A DNA stretch of 64,000 bases from an uncultured Dehalococcoidales bacterium (GCA_964499445.1 CAZCLE010000001.1:29615-93614), one strand, 5' to 3'; counted from the stretch's first letter, positions 54,955-63,909 are shown. Notes: a model not told the origin generated them from the letters alone. A program made the numbers and translations.

Positions 54955-54958
54955 CCTA

Positions 54959-56197
54959 ATGAAAATCCTCCACTTTGCCGACCTTCATCTCGGTGTGGAA
55001 AACTACGGGCGCATTGACCCGGCTACTGGGTTATCCACACGCCTCCTTGACTTCCTGTCTGCCCTAGACCAGGTAGTAGACTACGCCCTGGAAAACAGGG
55101 TAGACCTTATCCTCTTCTGCGGCGATGCCTATAAGAGCCGTGAGCCCAGCCAGACTCACCAGCGGGAGTTTGCCAAACGCATAAATCGTCTGTCCACCGC
55201 CGGCATCCCCGTCTTTCTCCTCATTGGCAACCACGACCTACCTAACGCTATAGGTCGGGCGACTACCACCGAAATCTTTGATACCCTGGCGGTGAAAAAT
55301 GTCTATGTCTCCAACCGCCCCGATGTTTACCGCATCCCAACCCCAAGCGGTACTATTCAAATAGTCTCCCTGCCCTGGCTAAGACGCAGTGCCCTATTAA
55401 GCAAAGAAGAAACTAAAAATCTTAACTTTGACCAGATTAACCAGAAGTTGCAGCAGGTGCTAACCAATATTATTGCTGCCAATATCCCCAAACTCGACCC
55501 CGGGCTGCCATCAATACTGGCGGCTCATGTCTGGGTCTCAGGGGCAAAAGTAGGCTCAGAGAAGTCAATGACCATCGGGCAAGAGCATGCCCTACTGCTA
55601 AGCAATGTTGCCCACCCTGCCTTTGACTATATCGCCCTGGGCCATATTCATAAGCACCAGGTTTTGAGCACTAACCCGCCGGTAGTCTATGCCGGCAGCC
55701 TGGAGCGGATAGATTTCGGCGAGGAAGAGGACGACAAGGGGTTCTATCTGGTAGAAATTGAGCCAGACAAGGAAACCGGCCAAAGGCAGGTCTCCTTTGA
55801 CTTCCACCAGATAACCGGGCGCCGTTTTCTCACCATTAACATCGGTATTGAGCCCCAGGACACCGACCCCACCTCAACTGTGCTCGGAACTATTGCCGAA
55901 CCAGAAGAAGGGATTAAGGATGCCATAGTCCGACTCCAAATCAGCCTGCCCGCAGAGATTAAAGGTCAGCTTAGGGATAATGACATCAGGAACGCCCTAA
56001 AAGAAGCTCACTACTTTACCATCGCCAAGGATATACAGCGAGAGACCCGCCTCAGACTGGGCAAGTGGACCGCTGAAGAGATAGCCCCCCTCGACGCCCT
56101 GAAAGCCTACCTGGAGTCAAAGAAGATACCCCCGGAACGAGCCAAGCTTCTGCTTGACTACGGCGAGAGGCTTATCCAAGAGCAGAGGACCAAATAG
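54959..56197 (+). CDS. sbcD: SbcD/Mre11-family nuclease
   Basis: 412 aa. MKILHFADLHLG, LFCGDAY, LIGNHD and the GHIH phosphoesterase motifs are present. Confidence 0.85.
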   Translation: MKILHFADLHLGVENYGRIDPATGLSTRLLDFLSALDQVVDYALENRVDLILFCGDAYKSREPSQTHQREFAKRINRLSTAGIPVFLLIGNHDLPNAIGRATTTEIFDTLAVKNVYVSNRPDVYRIPTPSGTIQIVSLPWLRRSALLSKEETKNLNFDQINQKLQQVLTNIIAANIPKLDPGLPSILAAHVWVSGAKVGSEKSMTIGQEHALLLSNVAHPAFDYIALGHIHKHQVLSTNPPVVYAGSLERIDFGEEEDDKGFYLVEIEPDKETGQRQVSFDFHQITGRRFLTINIGIEPQDTDPTSTVLGTIAEPEEGIKDAIVRLQISLPAEIKGQLRDNDIRNALKEAHYFTIAKDIQRETRLRLGKWTAEEIAPLDALKAYLESKKIPPERAKLLLDYGERLIQEQRTK

Positions 56198-56225
56198 GGA
56201 TAAAAGGTCTCTTGAAGGGGTGTCT

Positions 56226-56301
56226 AAGAGGGGCGAAGCCCCTCTTTTTAATATTCCTCCCCCTCTCCTTCAAAGGAGAGGGGGACACAGGGGGTGAGGT
56301 A
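56226..56301 (+). repeat. G-rich hairpin repeat (B + A module variant)
   Basis: AAGAGGGGC-GAA-GCCCCTCTT, then CCCCCTCTCCTT/AAGGAGAGGGGG + ACACAGGGGGTGAGGTA. Confidence 0.7.
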
Positions 56302-56364
56302 GATAAAAATCCCCCTTATTTTTTTTGACAGGACTTGCCCTACCTTATTTCTCCCCCTTTACTT

Positions 56365-56393
56365 TTGCATACGCCCCAAATATATGCTAGAAT
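56365..56393 (+). promoter_or_regulatory. Sigma-70-like promoter candidate for the cold-shock gene
   Basis: TTGCAT (56365-56370), a 17-nt spacer, then TAGAAT (56388-56393). This leaves a 5' UTR of about 115 nt. Confidence 0.45.
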
Positions 56394-56517
56394 ATAACCA
56401 ATAACAGGAATATAGACGCATTCCGGCTAAAACAAGGTCACTTACTTAGAGCTTTGCAATCTTGCAAGCTTTTGTAGGGCTTCGCAGGATTTTTATTATA
56501 CAAAGGAGGTGAAAGGC

Positions 56518-56724
56518 TTGAAAGGACAGATAAAGAGACTCATCCGGGACCGAGGTTTCGGTTTCATCACTGCTGAAGACGGCTCCGAGGTCTTCTTCCA
56601 CCGCTCCGCTTTAGCTGAAGAGGACTTTGATGCTCTGGAAGAGGGCACCAGTGTAGAATACAACCTGGAAACAGGTCCTAAAGGACCTCGGGCGACCAAT
56701 GTAAGTACAGAAAAGACCGAGTGA
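56518..56724 (+). CDS. Cold-shock domain protein (CspA family)
   Basis: GQIKRLIRDRGFGFITAEDGSEVFFHRSAL contains the RNP1-like GFGFI and RNP2-like VFFH motifs. I prefer TTG 56518 (GGAGG 9 nt upstream) to the track's GTG 56509, which overlaps the SD. Confidence 0.85.
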   Translation: MKGQIKRLIRDRGFGFITAEDGSEVFFHRSALAEEDFDALEEGTSVEYNLETGPKGPRATNVSTEKTE

Positions 56725-56966
56725 AATAAGGCGACAGATTCTGAAGTAGGCATTAGGCTTTCTTCCTTCCCCTTCGAAGCCAAACCAGTTAGAGATGACA
56801 TTAGGCAAAGAAAAGTAAGGAGACCAAGTAGTGGCAAGCGAAGGGGTAAAGATTTTACTTTTGTCACTTAACACTGAAGCAATCCACTTTCTGGCTTAAA
56901 TTAATCCTGAGACGCTGTTTGGAGGAGAGCAGCTACGGGATAGCTGTGTCCACGAAGAAGAATGCC

Positions 56967-57368
56967 TCACCCGCCGATTATAGTAAGCCAGAGCCAGGCA
57001 ACCAGAATACCTAATGCCGCCCCGACAATGACCTGAAATGGGGTATGCCCGATGAACTCCCGCAGGTCACGCTCTACCTCAGCTATGGGACGCTTAAACC
57101 TGAGCTCCTGTACAATACGGTTTAGAACAACTGATTGTTGGCTCACTGATTGCCGCACACCAGCGGAATCATAGGTAACAATCAAAGCTAAAACAACCGC
57201 AATGCCAAAGGTCACTGACCCTATACCATGGGTCATGGCCACCGCTGTAGCCAGCGCACAGACTATTGCTGAATGCGCACTGGGCATACCACCACTGGTA
57301 ACAAAATAACGCAAGTCCAGTCGTTTATCTCGCACCAGTATGACGAATACCTTCATCAACTGTGCCAC
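56967..57368 (-). CDS. Divergent PAP2-family membrane protein (DUF212/YuiD-like)
   Basis: SGGMPSAHSA signature. The reading frame stays open 69 nt further upstream (…LHKIITTNVLVISICAWAV) without an ATG/GTG/TTG, so the N-terminus is uncertain. Confidence 0.7.
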   Translation of the reverse strand: MAQLMKVFVILVRDKRLDLRYFVTSGGMPSAHSAIVCALATAVAMTHGIGSVTFGIAVVLALIVTYDSAGVRQSVSQQSVVLNRIVQELRFKRPIAEVERDLREFIGHTPFQVIVGAALGILVAWLWLTIIGG

Positions 57369-57561
57369 CGCCCAGGCACAAATAGATATTACCAGTACAT
57401 TAGTCGTAATGATTTTGTGTAACCCCCTATTCCACGCTTACTTTCTGAGCCTCAACTCTCAGCTACGTACCTTCAATACAATAATTAATAAGCGCCCCGC
57501 ACTTTATCACATATACTCATTATAACATTAGCCCCGCTACCCATCCCGCGGTAGCTCAGTT

Positions 57562-58224
57562 TTAGAGAACACGTCGCACCCGCCATTGGTTAAGGTATCG
57601 GACTACTTCGTCATTACTAACGTCATACCACTGGCGATAGAAGTCGGATACGTAGAATGTGGGCATAAACCCGGTAGCGCAGGTTACTACTTTGTCCGCC
57701 ACTCTCTCCAGCTGCTTTAAGGCTATCGCCGAGGCACAGGGCACCGCCACCACTATTTCCCTCGGTCGGCGATGACGCACCGATTCCACTGCTGCCATCA
57801 TGGTAACACCTGAAGCCAGTCCATCATCTATGACTATTGCCGTCTTACCATTGACACTAACCAGTGGTCGGTCCCCTTTGTAGAGCAGGCTCCGTTGTCT
57901 AATCTCAGCTCTTACTTTGCCCGCCTCATACTCTACCTGCTGCCGGTTCAAGCCGATTCTCTTAGCGGCTTCATCATTAAGAATAATGGTACCATCATCG
58001 GCAATGGCACCAAAGCCCGCTTCGGGGTTGAGTGGCGACGGAATTTTACGAGAGATAACCAGGCCAAAGCCAGCATTAAGGGCGCCAGCTACCTCCAGCG
58101 CCACTGGCACACCACCGTTGGGAATAGCCATAACAACAACTGAATGGTTGCTATATTCATTTAGCTTCTCAGCTAACTGCCGGCCGGCATCATGTCGGTT
58201 GTCAAAGATAATTTGTGACGACAA
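57562..58224 (-). CDS. Phosphoribosyltransferase-family protein
   Basis: 220 aa with the PRPP-binding loop AIVIDDGLASGVTM. Confidence 0.8.
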   Translation of the reverse strand: MSSQIIFDNRHDAGRQLAEKLNEYSNHSVVVMAIPNGGVPVALEVAGALNAGFGLVISRKIPSPLNPEAGFGAIADDGTIILNDEAAKRIGLNRQQVEYEAGKVRAEIRQRSLLYKGDRPLVSVNGKTAIVIDDGLASGVTMMAAVESVRHRRPREIVVAVPCASAIALKQLERVADKVVTCATGFMPTFYVSDFYRQWYDVSNDEVVRYLNQWRVRRVL

Positions 58225-58286
58225 AATAGGTAATCGTTCTCCTGGTTTACTATTCTAGCCCAATTCAGCTACGAACACAAAACGTC

Positions 58287-59993
58287 TTATTTAATCAGCC
58301 TAAACTCATTCACATCCACCAGACCAAGGTCGGTGAGGCGGAGTTCGGGGATTACCGGGAGAGCCAGGAAGGAAAGGGTGGCGAAGGGCGATTTTAGCCC
58401 GGTGCCTAAATCCCTGGCTAGCTGCTCCAGCTCCTTTAATTTACCTACCACTACCTCCAACGGTTCGTCTGACAGCAGTCCGGCAATGGGTAAGGCTAAG
58501 CTGGCCTGAACTTTGCCATCAACAGCTACTACCAGACCGCCGTGCAATCTCTCAATCTCTTTAACCGCAGTAAATATGTCTTCATCATTAGTGCCGACAG
58601 CCACAATATTATGAGAATCATGAGCAATAGATGAAGCCAGAGCCCCTCGCTTCAAGCCAAACCCCATAACCAGCCCCAAGCCGATATTGCCCGTAGCCCG
58701 GTGCCTCTCCACTACCACCAGCTTCAGAATATCCCGGCCAGTATCAGGCACAACCACCCCATCGGCAACCTTAACCTTCTCCATCCTTTTTCGGGTAATT
58801 ATCTGACCGGGGATAATCTCAATAACCGGCTCAGTTTCTCCGCAAGCCTTCAGCTTCAATGCCTCCACATTAAAGGGCTTGATATTTACCGTATTGGTCA
58901 GTCCTCCACCACTGGCTTGATATACCGGGAATAACGGTTCCCCGTCTCTGGCTACCAGGCGACCCCGGTGAAAGACCATATCTATCTTGAGGCCAGGTAA
59001 TTCGCCAATCACCATTAAATTAGCCAGGTAGCCGGGGGCTACCGCCCCCAGCCCGTCCAGCCTGAAATACTCGGCGGTATTAACCGTCGCCAGTTGAATA
59101 GCCCGCACCGGGTCAAGACCCTTTCTTATCGCCTTGCGCACCACGGCATCAATATCACCGTCCCCAAGCAGGTCAACACAGCTACGGTCATCAACCACCA
59201 GCATACATCTTTTATAGGTCTTATCGGTAACCAGGGGTAGCAAGGCATCCAGATTTTTCTCCGACGAACCCTCCCTAATCATGACATACATACCCTGACT
59301 TAATTTCTCTCTAGCCTCCTCCAGAGAAACCGACTCGTGGTCAGAATAGATACCAGCGGCAATATAGGCAGTGAGGTTTTTCCCGGTAACACCGGGGGCA
59401 TGCCCATCAACAATCTTACCCCGGGCAAAATTGATTTTACTCAGCACGCTGGCATCACCACCAAGCACCCCGGGGAAATTCATTACCTCCCCCAGCCCGA
59501 TGCAACCCCTCCACCGGAGAACCCGGCGAATGTCCTCAGGCCCAAGGCTGGCTCCTGAGGTCTCCAGATGGGTGGCCGGCACACAGGAAGGAGCCATCAG
59601 AAAAAGCTCAAGGGGTAAACGGCGGGCACAGTTCAGCACATACCTCATACCCTCCAGCCCGCAGACATTAGCTATTTCGTGGAGGTCGGTAACTACCACC
59701 GAAGTGCCACGGGGCACCACCGCCCGGGCATACTGACCAATATCAAGCATGGAGCTTTCTACATGAATATGCCCATTAATAAGACCGGGAGCCAGATACC
59801 TGCCCCCTAAATCCAGCACCTGCCCGGCCTGGTTATACTTGCCTACCCCGGCAATCCTATCCTGGTAAATAGCTACATTACCCGGTTCAACCTCGCCGGT
59901 AAAGACATTCACCACCCGGGCATTGGCCAGAATCAGGTCGGCGGGAAGCTCCCCCTTAGCTACTGAAATTAAGTGAGCCAGTTTGGATAACAC
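58287..59993 (-). CDS. ade: Adenine deaminase (amidohydrolase superfamily)
   Basis: 568 aa. APGLINGHIHVESSM metal motif and family-typical length. The GTG start overlaps the upstream stop by 1 nt. Confidence 0.85.
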   Translation of the reverse strand: MLSKLAHLISVAKGELPADLILANARVVNVFTGEVEPGNVAIYQDRIAGVGKYNQAGQVLDLGGRYLAPGLINGHIHVESSMLDIGQYARAVVPRGTSVVVTDLHEIANVCGLEGMRYVLNCARRLPLELFLMAPSCVPATHLETSGASLGPEDIRRVLRWRGCIGLGEVMNFPGVLGGDASVLSKINFARGKIVDGHAPGVTGKNLTAYIAAGIYSDHESVSLEEAREKLSQGMYVMIREGSSEKNLDALLPLVTDKTYKRCMLVVDDRSCVDLLGDGDIDAVVRKAIRKGLDPVRAIQLATVNTAEYFRLDGLGAVAPGYLANLMVIGELPGLKIDMVFHRGRLVARDGEPLFPVYQASGGGLTNTVNIKPFNVEALKLKACGETEPVIEIIPGQIITRKRMEKVKVADGVVVPDTGRDILKLVVVERHRATGNIGLGLVMGFGLKRGALASSIAHDSHNIVAVGTNDEDIFTAVKEIERLHGGLVVAVDGKVQASLALPIAGLLSDEPLEVVVGKLKELEQLARDLGTGLKSPFATLSFLALPVIPELRLTDLGLVDVNEFRLIK

Positions 59994-60667
59994 TAATCCT
60001 CCTTAATAATCGGTTTTGACCCTCTGCCATCCTTAAAATACAAAGCGCCCACCGGACAGACAGTAACACACTCGGCACACTCCGGGCATCTCGCCTTAGC
60101 CATAGGCTCATCGGCAAAAGTGGCAACTACCCGCTGAAAGCCGCGGTGAGCAAAGCCAATATCGCCTATACCCAGACGCTCCCTGCATACCCACACGCAC
60201 CGGCCACAGAGCACACACTTATTGGGGTCATATATAAATAGCGGGCTGCTGGAATCTATGGGTAATTCCCGGGTAAGCTTCCTTAACCGCTTCGTTTTCA
60301 GCTTGACTTTCAGGTGGGCAGCAATCTTCTGAAGCTCACAGGAGCCACTACTGAGACAGTGGGCACAGTCTACCGGGTGGCTGGCTATAAGTAGCTCGGC
60401 AGCAGTGCGCGCCAGCCTCAAGGCTTTGGGGCCGGTGGTATTTACCACCATGCCCCCTGTTACTGGCTCGGTGCAAGCGGTAACCGGGCTATCCTTCCCC
60501 TCCACCTCAACAAAGCAGAGGCGGCAGGAGGCAGAAGGTGGCCAAGCCTCCCGAAGGGCACACAGGTTAGGTATATAAATACCATTGTCCAGTGCCGCCC
60601 ACAAGAGATTCTCCCCCTCTTTGGCTTTTATTTTCTTGCCATCAATAGTTAACGAGACCATCTTCAC
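59993..60667 (-). CDS. NuoG/HydA N-terminal-like Fe-S protein ([2Fe-2S] + His-ligated [4Fe-4S] + [4Fe-4S]) with no catalytic domain
   Basis: 224 aa. C..SCRLC...C is the plant-type 2Fe-2S motif. HPVDCAHCLSSGSCELQ and CVLCGRCVWVC ... CPECAECVTVCPVGA are also present. Confidence 0.8.
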   Translation of the reverse strand: MKMVSLTIDGKKIKAKEGENLLWAALDNGIYIPNLCALREAWPPSASCRLCFVEVEGKDSPVTACTEPVTGGMVVNTTGPKALRLARTAAELLIASHPVDCAHCLSSGSCELQKIAAHLKVKLKTKRLRKLTRELPIDSSSPLFIYDPNKCVLCGRCVWVCRERLGIGDIGFAHRGFQRVVATFADEPMAKARCPECAECVTVCPVGALYFKDGRGSKPIIKED

Positions 60668-60671
60668 TTGT

Positions 60672-62585
60672 CTACTCCGAGGCTGGCACCTGGTCAGGGG
60701 GTGAAAACCTCACTACTGCGTCATACTGAGGTGGACAGGCTTTGAGACAGGTGCCACACTTGACGCACTTTTCCTGGTCAATGACCTTTATTCTTTTCTT
60801 ATTGGTGGTTATTGCCTCCACGGTGCAAGTGCCGACACAGGCATCGCAAGAACGCTCGCACCTCTCGGGGATAATGTAGTAAGTGATGAGCTCTCGGCAC
60901 ATCAGCGCCGGGCAGCGCCCTTCCTTGATATGCGCTTCATATTCGTCCCTAAAATAGCGCAGGGTGCTCAACACCGGGTTGGGTGCCGTCTTCCCCAGAC
61001 CACAGAGAGAGCCGGCCTTAATGTCTTCTGCCAACTCGGTAAGCATATCAATATCTTCCGTTTTCCCTTTGCCTTGAGTAATTTCATCCAGGGCTTCCAG
61101 CATTTGTTTCGTCCCCAGGCGGCAGAAGGTGCACAAGCCACAGGACTCCCGCTGAGTGAACTCCAGGAAGTAGCGAGCTATCTCCACCATGCAATCGTCC
61201 TCATCAAGCACTATTATGCCCCCTGAGCCCATCATGGCTCCAGCATCTCTGAGGGAGTCAAAGTCGATGGGCAGGTCTAGAGCCGATTCCGGTAGGCAGC
61301 CACCAGAGGGACCACCGATTTGCACTGCCTTGAAACGCTTGCCGTCGGGGATACCACTACCGACATCAAAGATAAGCTGACGCAGGGTGGTGCCCATAGG
61401 TACCTCGGCCAGCCCGGTATTAACTATTTTACCCGCCAGAGCAAAAACGGCAGTCCCTGGGCGTCCCTCAGTGCCAATGCTGGCAAACCACTCCGCCCCG
61501 TTCTCAATTATGTGGTGTACGCAGGCCAGGGTCTTCACGTTATTGATAAGGGTAGGCTTTCCATGCAGACCGCTGACTGCCGGGTAAGGTGGGCGGTGAT
61601 AGGGTATGCCCGGCTTACCTTCCAGGGAGGCGATGAGCGCCGTTTCCTCACCGCAGACGAAGGCTCCCGAACCCTGAAACAGCTCAATATCAAAACTGAA
61701 ATCGCTTCCCAGGATATTCTTGCCCAGAAGCCCCAGCTCCCGAGCCTGGCGAAGGGCAACCTTAACCCGATGCACGGCTAGCGGATATTCGGCACGAACG
61801 TAGATATAGCCATAACGGGCGCCAACGGCATAGGCGGCAATAATCATTCCCTCCACTACCGAGTGGGGGTCACTCTCAAGGATAGTGCGGTCCATAAAGG
61901 CGCCCGGGTCACCCTCATCGCCGTTGCACACCATATATTTTGGTCTCCCCTGAGCATGGCGACAGATTTCCCACTTCTGCCCGGTAGGAAAGCCGGCACC
62001 ACCCATACCCCGCAATCCGGATTCCTTGACCTCATCTATAATCTCTTCCGGTGGCGTCTTAAGCACCTTTACCAGAACCTGATAGCCACCGTTGGCAATG
62101 TAATGGTCTATCTGCTCCGGGTCAATATAACCGCAGTTTTTAAGCGTAACCTTTTTCTCATATTCAGCCCGGGGAAATTCGGCAAAGCTGGGAACGAGCT
62201 CATTTTTCTCCAGAGCCCCGAGGATGAATTCAAAACAAGGATTATCGCCAAGGATAAAATCCTTGATTAGTCTCTCGGCTATCACCGGATTGACATGCCC
62301 GTAGGCGATAGGAGGATACCCCTGCCTAGCTATAATAAGTATTGGTTCAGCATAACAGTGCCCCATGCAGCCGACCTCGACCAGATGGCAGTCCAGGTTC
62401 TGCCGACCAATTTCATCTCGTATTGCCTGGAGCACGTCCAGAGCCCCGGCCGCCCGACCACAGGTGGCAGTACCTATCAGAATAACTGGCTTGCCGCTAT
62501 GCCATAGCTCCTGCCAGCCGGATTCAGCCCGGTTCTTTATCTCCTGAAAGGTTGAAGCTACGGTTGAGAGCTCGACTGCTTTCAC
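60672..62585 (-). CDS. NuoF/HndC/HydB-like NAD(P)H-binding flavoprotein, with an N-terminal thioredoxin-like [2Fe-2S] and a C-terminal 2x[4Fe-4S]
   Basis: 637 aa. GLRGMGGAGFPTG.KW, NGDEGDPGAF and ESCGLCTFCR are present. The C-terminal motifs are CDACVGTC and CVKCGTCLKACP. Confidence 0.9.
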   Translation of the reverse strand: MKAVELSTVASTFQEIKNRAESGWQELWHSGKPVILIGTATCGRAAGALDVLQAIRDEIGRQNLDCHLVEVGCMGHCYAEPILIIARQGYPPIAYGHVNPVIAERLIKDFILGDNPCFEFILGALEKNELVPSFAEFPRAEYEKKVTLKNCGYIDPEQIDHYIANGGYQVLVKVLKTPPEEIIDEVKESGLRGMGGAGFPTGQKWEICRHAQGRPKYMVCNGDEGDPGAFMDRTILESDPHSVVEGMIIAAYAVGARYGYIYVRAEYPLAVHRVKVALRQARELGLLGKNILGSDFSFDIELFQGSGAFVCGEETALIASLEGKPGIPYHRPPYPAVSGLHGKPTLINNVKTLACVHHIIENGAEWFASIGTEGRPGTAVFALAGKIVNTGLAEVPMGTTLRQLIFDVGSGIPDGKRFKAVQIGGPSGGCLPESALDLPIDFDSLRDAGAMMGSGGIIVLDEDDCMVEIARYFLEFTQRESCGLCTFCRLGTKQMLEALDEITQGKGKTEDIDMLTELAEDIKAGSLCGLGKTAPNPVLSTLRYFRDEYEAHIKEGRCPALMCRELITYYIIPERCERSCDACVGTCTVEAITTNKKRIKVIDQEKCVKCGTCLKACPPQYDAVVRFSPPDQVPASE

Positions 62586-63118
62586 TGGTTTTGCTTACCT
62601 TCTTTCTCTTTTTCTAGCTCAAACGAGAGCAGGATTCCATCTACCTTGGTAGGTTCAACCTGACCCTGTGGCTTATTATCGACAACAGTCACTGGTGCCA
62701 TAGTGCAGCAACCGACACAGGCGACGGTATCCAGGTCAAACTCACGGTCAGGAGTAGTTTCACCTGAGTCAATATCTAACCTTCTCCTCCAGGCATCCAG
62801 AGTAATATAACCGCCCTTCATATGACAGGCGGTGCCTAAACACACCCTTATTGAGTGCTTCCCGGGAGGATTGAGCCGGAATTGATTGTAAAAGGTAACC
62901 ACGCTGTAAACATCTATCCCCGTTATACCGAGAAATTCGGCTATCTCCAGCATAACTTCCCGGGGAAGATAGCCAAGCCTGCCCTGAACCTCCTGCAGAA
63001 TAGGGATAAGATTTCCCCTTTTCCTGCCGAACTTTTTTAGAATTCGCCTGGTTTCCCGTATGTTGTTAGCCGGCTCCTCAGCCATAGTGATTTCTTTCTC
63101 AGGAGCAACCTTCGCCAT
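62582..63118 (-). CDS. NuoE/HndA/HydC-like [2Fe-2S] subunit
   Basis: 178 aa. VCLGTACHMKG...CVGCCTMAP. Confidence 0.9.
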   Translation of the reverse strand: MAKVAPEKEITMAEEPANNIRETRRILKKFGRKRGNLIPILQEVQGRLGYLPREVMLEIAEFLGITGIDVYSVVTFYNQFRLNPPGKHSIRVCLGTACHMKGGYITLDAWRRRLDIDSGETTPDREFDLDTVACVGCCTMAPVTVVDNKPQGQVEPTKVDGILLSFELEKEKEGKQNQ

Positions 63119-63152
63119 ACTATTATCGCCTCCGTAAATCGGGTAACTGCCC

Positions 63153-63857
63153 TTAAGTAGCGCCTTTCCCGGCCATGATTACGGTGAATCCAGCATCAGG
63201 AGAAAAACCCTCCCGTGGCAATTCCATATACCCTACCTCACTCGGCTTCTGAAAGAGCGTGGCCATGACCTTTTCCACGGTGAAGCCTGCCTGTCCCAGC
63301 AGTCCCACTGCCTCATCATACCGGTAAAAGGTAGCCCGTTGGTAGAAAGAATGTCCCTGTTTCTTTTTGCTTTCATAAAACCTACCCCAGGGGCTTTCTG
63401 CTAAGACCAGACCCAGCACTACCTTTCCCCCCGGCTGCAAAATGCGGTAAGCCTCCCGTAAAACCGCCAAAGGCGAACTGACAAAGCAGAGGGTCACTAT
63501 AAAGAATACAGTACCGAAAGACTCCGCCACCAAAGGTTCTTGCTCCCCTCTACCCAGAAACACTGCTATCCCCCGTCCCCTCGCCATATTCAACAGTTTG
63601 ATGGAGGGGTCAACTCCGGTCTCTATCCCCAGTGTCTGGGCAAAACGACCACTACCCACCCCTACCTCAAGCCAGGGTTTAGATAAAAAAGGCAACACCT
63701 CCTGAAAAGCCTGCACCTCAATAGCGAAGATAAGCTTCCCTTCACCATCGAACCAGGCATCGTAGTCCGAAGCCAAGTGCTCGAAGGGAGACGCTTCTAG
63801 ATTAACGGGTGGTGCTTCTGCCCTCGATTTTGGAGCGGAGTATTCCTGGCTAAGCAT
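63153..63857 (-). CDS. Class I SAM-dependent methyltransferase
   Basis: 234 aa with motif I LEVGVGSGRF. Confidence 0.75.
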   Translation of the reverse strand: MLSQEYSAPKSRAEAPPVNLEASPFEHLASDYDAWFDGEGKLIFAIEVQAFQEVLPFLSKPWLEVGVGSGRFAQTLGIETGVDPSIKLLNMARGRGIAVFLGRGEQEPLVAESFGTVFFIVTLCFVSSPLAVLREAYRILQPGGKVVLGLVLAESPWGRFYESKKKQGHSFYQRATFYRYDEAVGLLGQAGFTVEKVMATLFQKPSEVGYMELPREGFSPDAGFTVIMAGKGAT

Positions 63858-63909
63858 ATAAATACCCCCTACTATTTCTCAGAGTAATGTCTGCCACTAG
63901 ACCTCTCCT

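Noticed and set aside
54797-54958. Idea that the sequence right of the R-M islet (…HHIDPNETLVFKHASVKTT…) is the continuation of the truncated MTase (…DLCYI|DPN…)
   Set aside because: Apart from the tempting I-D-P junction, the downstream peptide has no DPPF/Y motif or any other MTase block. The match is too short to distinguish from chance.
56770-56850. Long-range complementarity CCCCTTCG...CGAAGGGG downstream of csp, considered as a structured RNA
   Set aside because: It is a single 8-bp pairing with a loop of about 60 nt, and I could see no supporting helices or conservation. That is not enough to call an RNA element.
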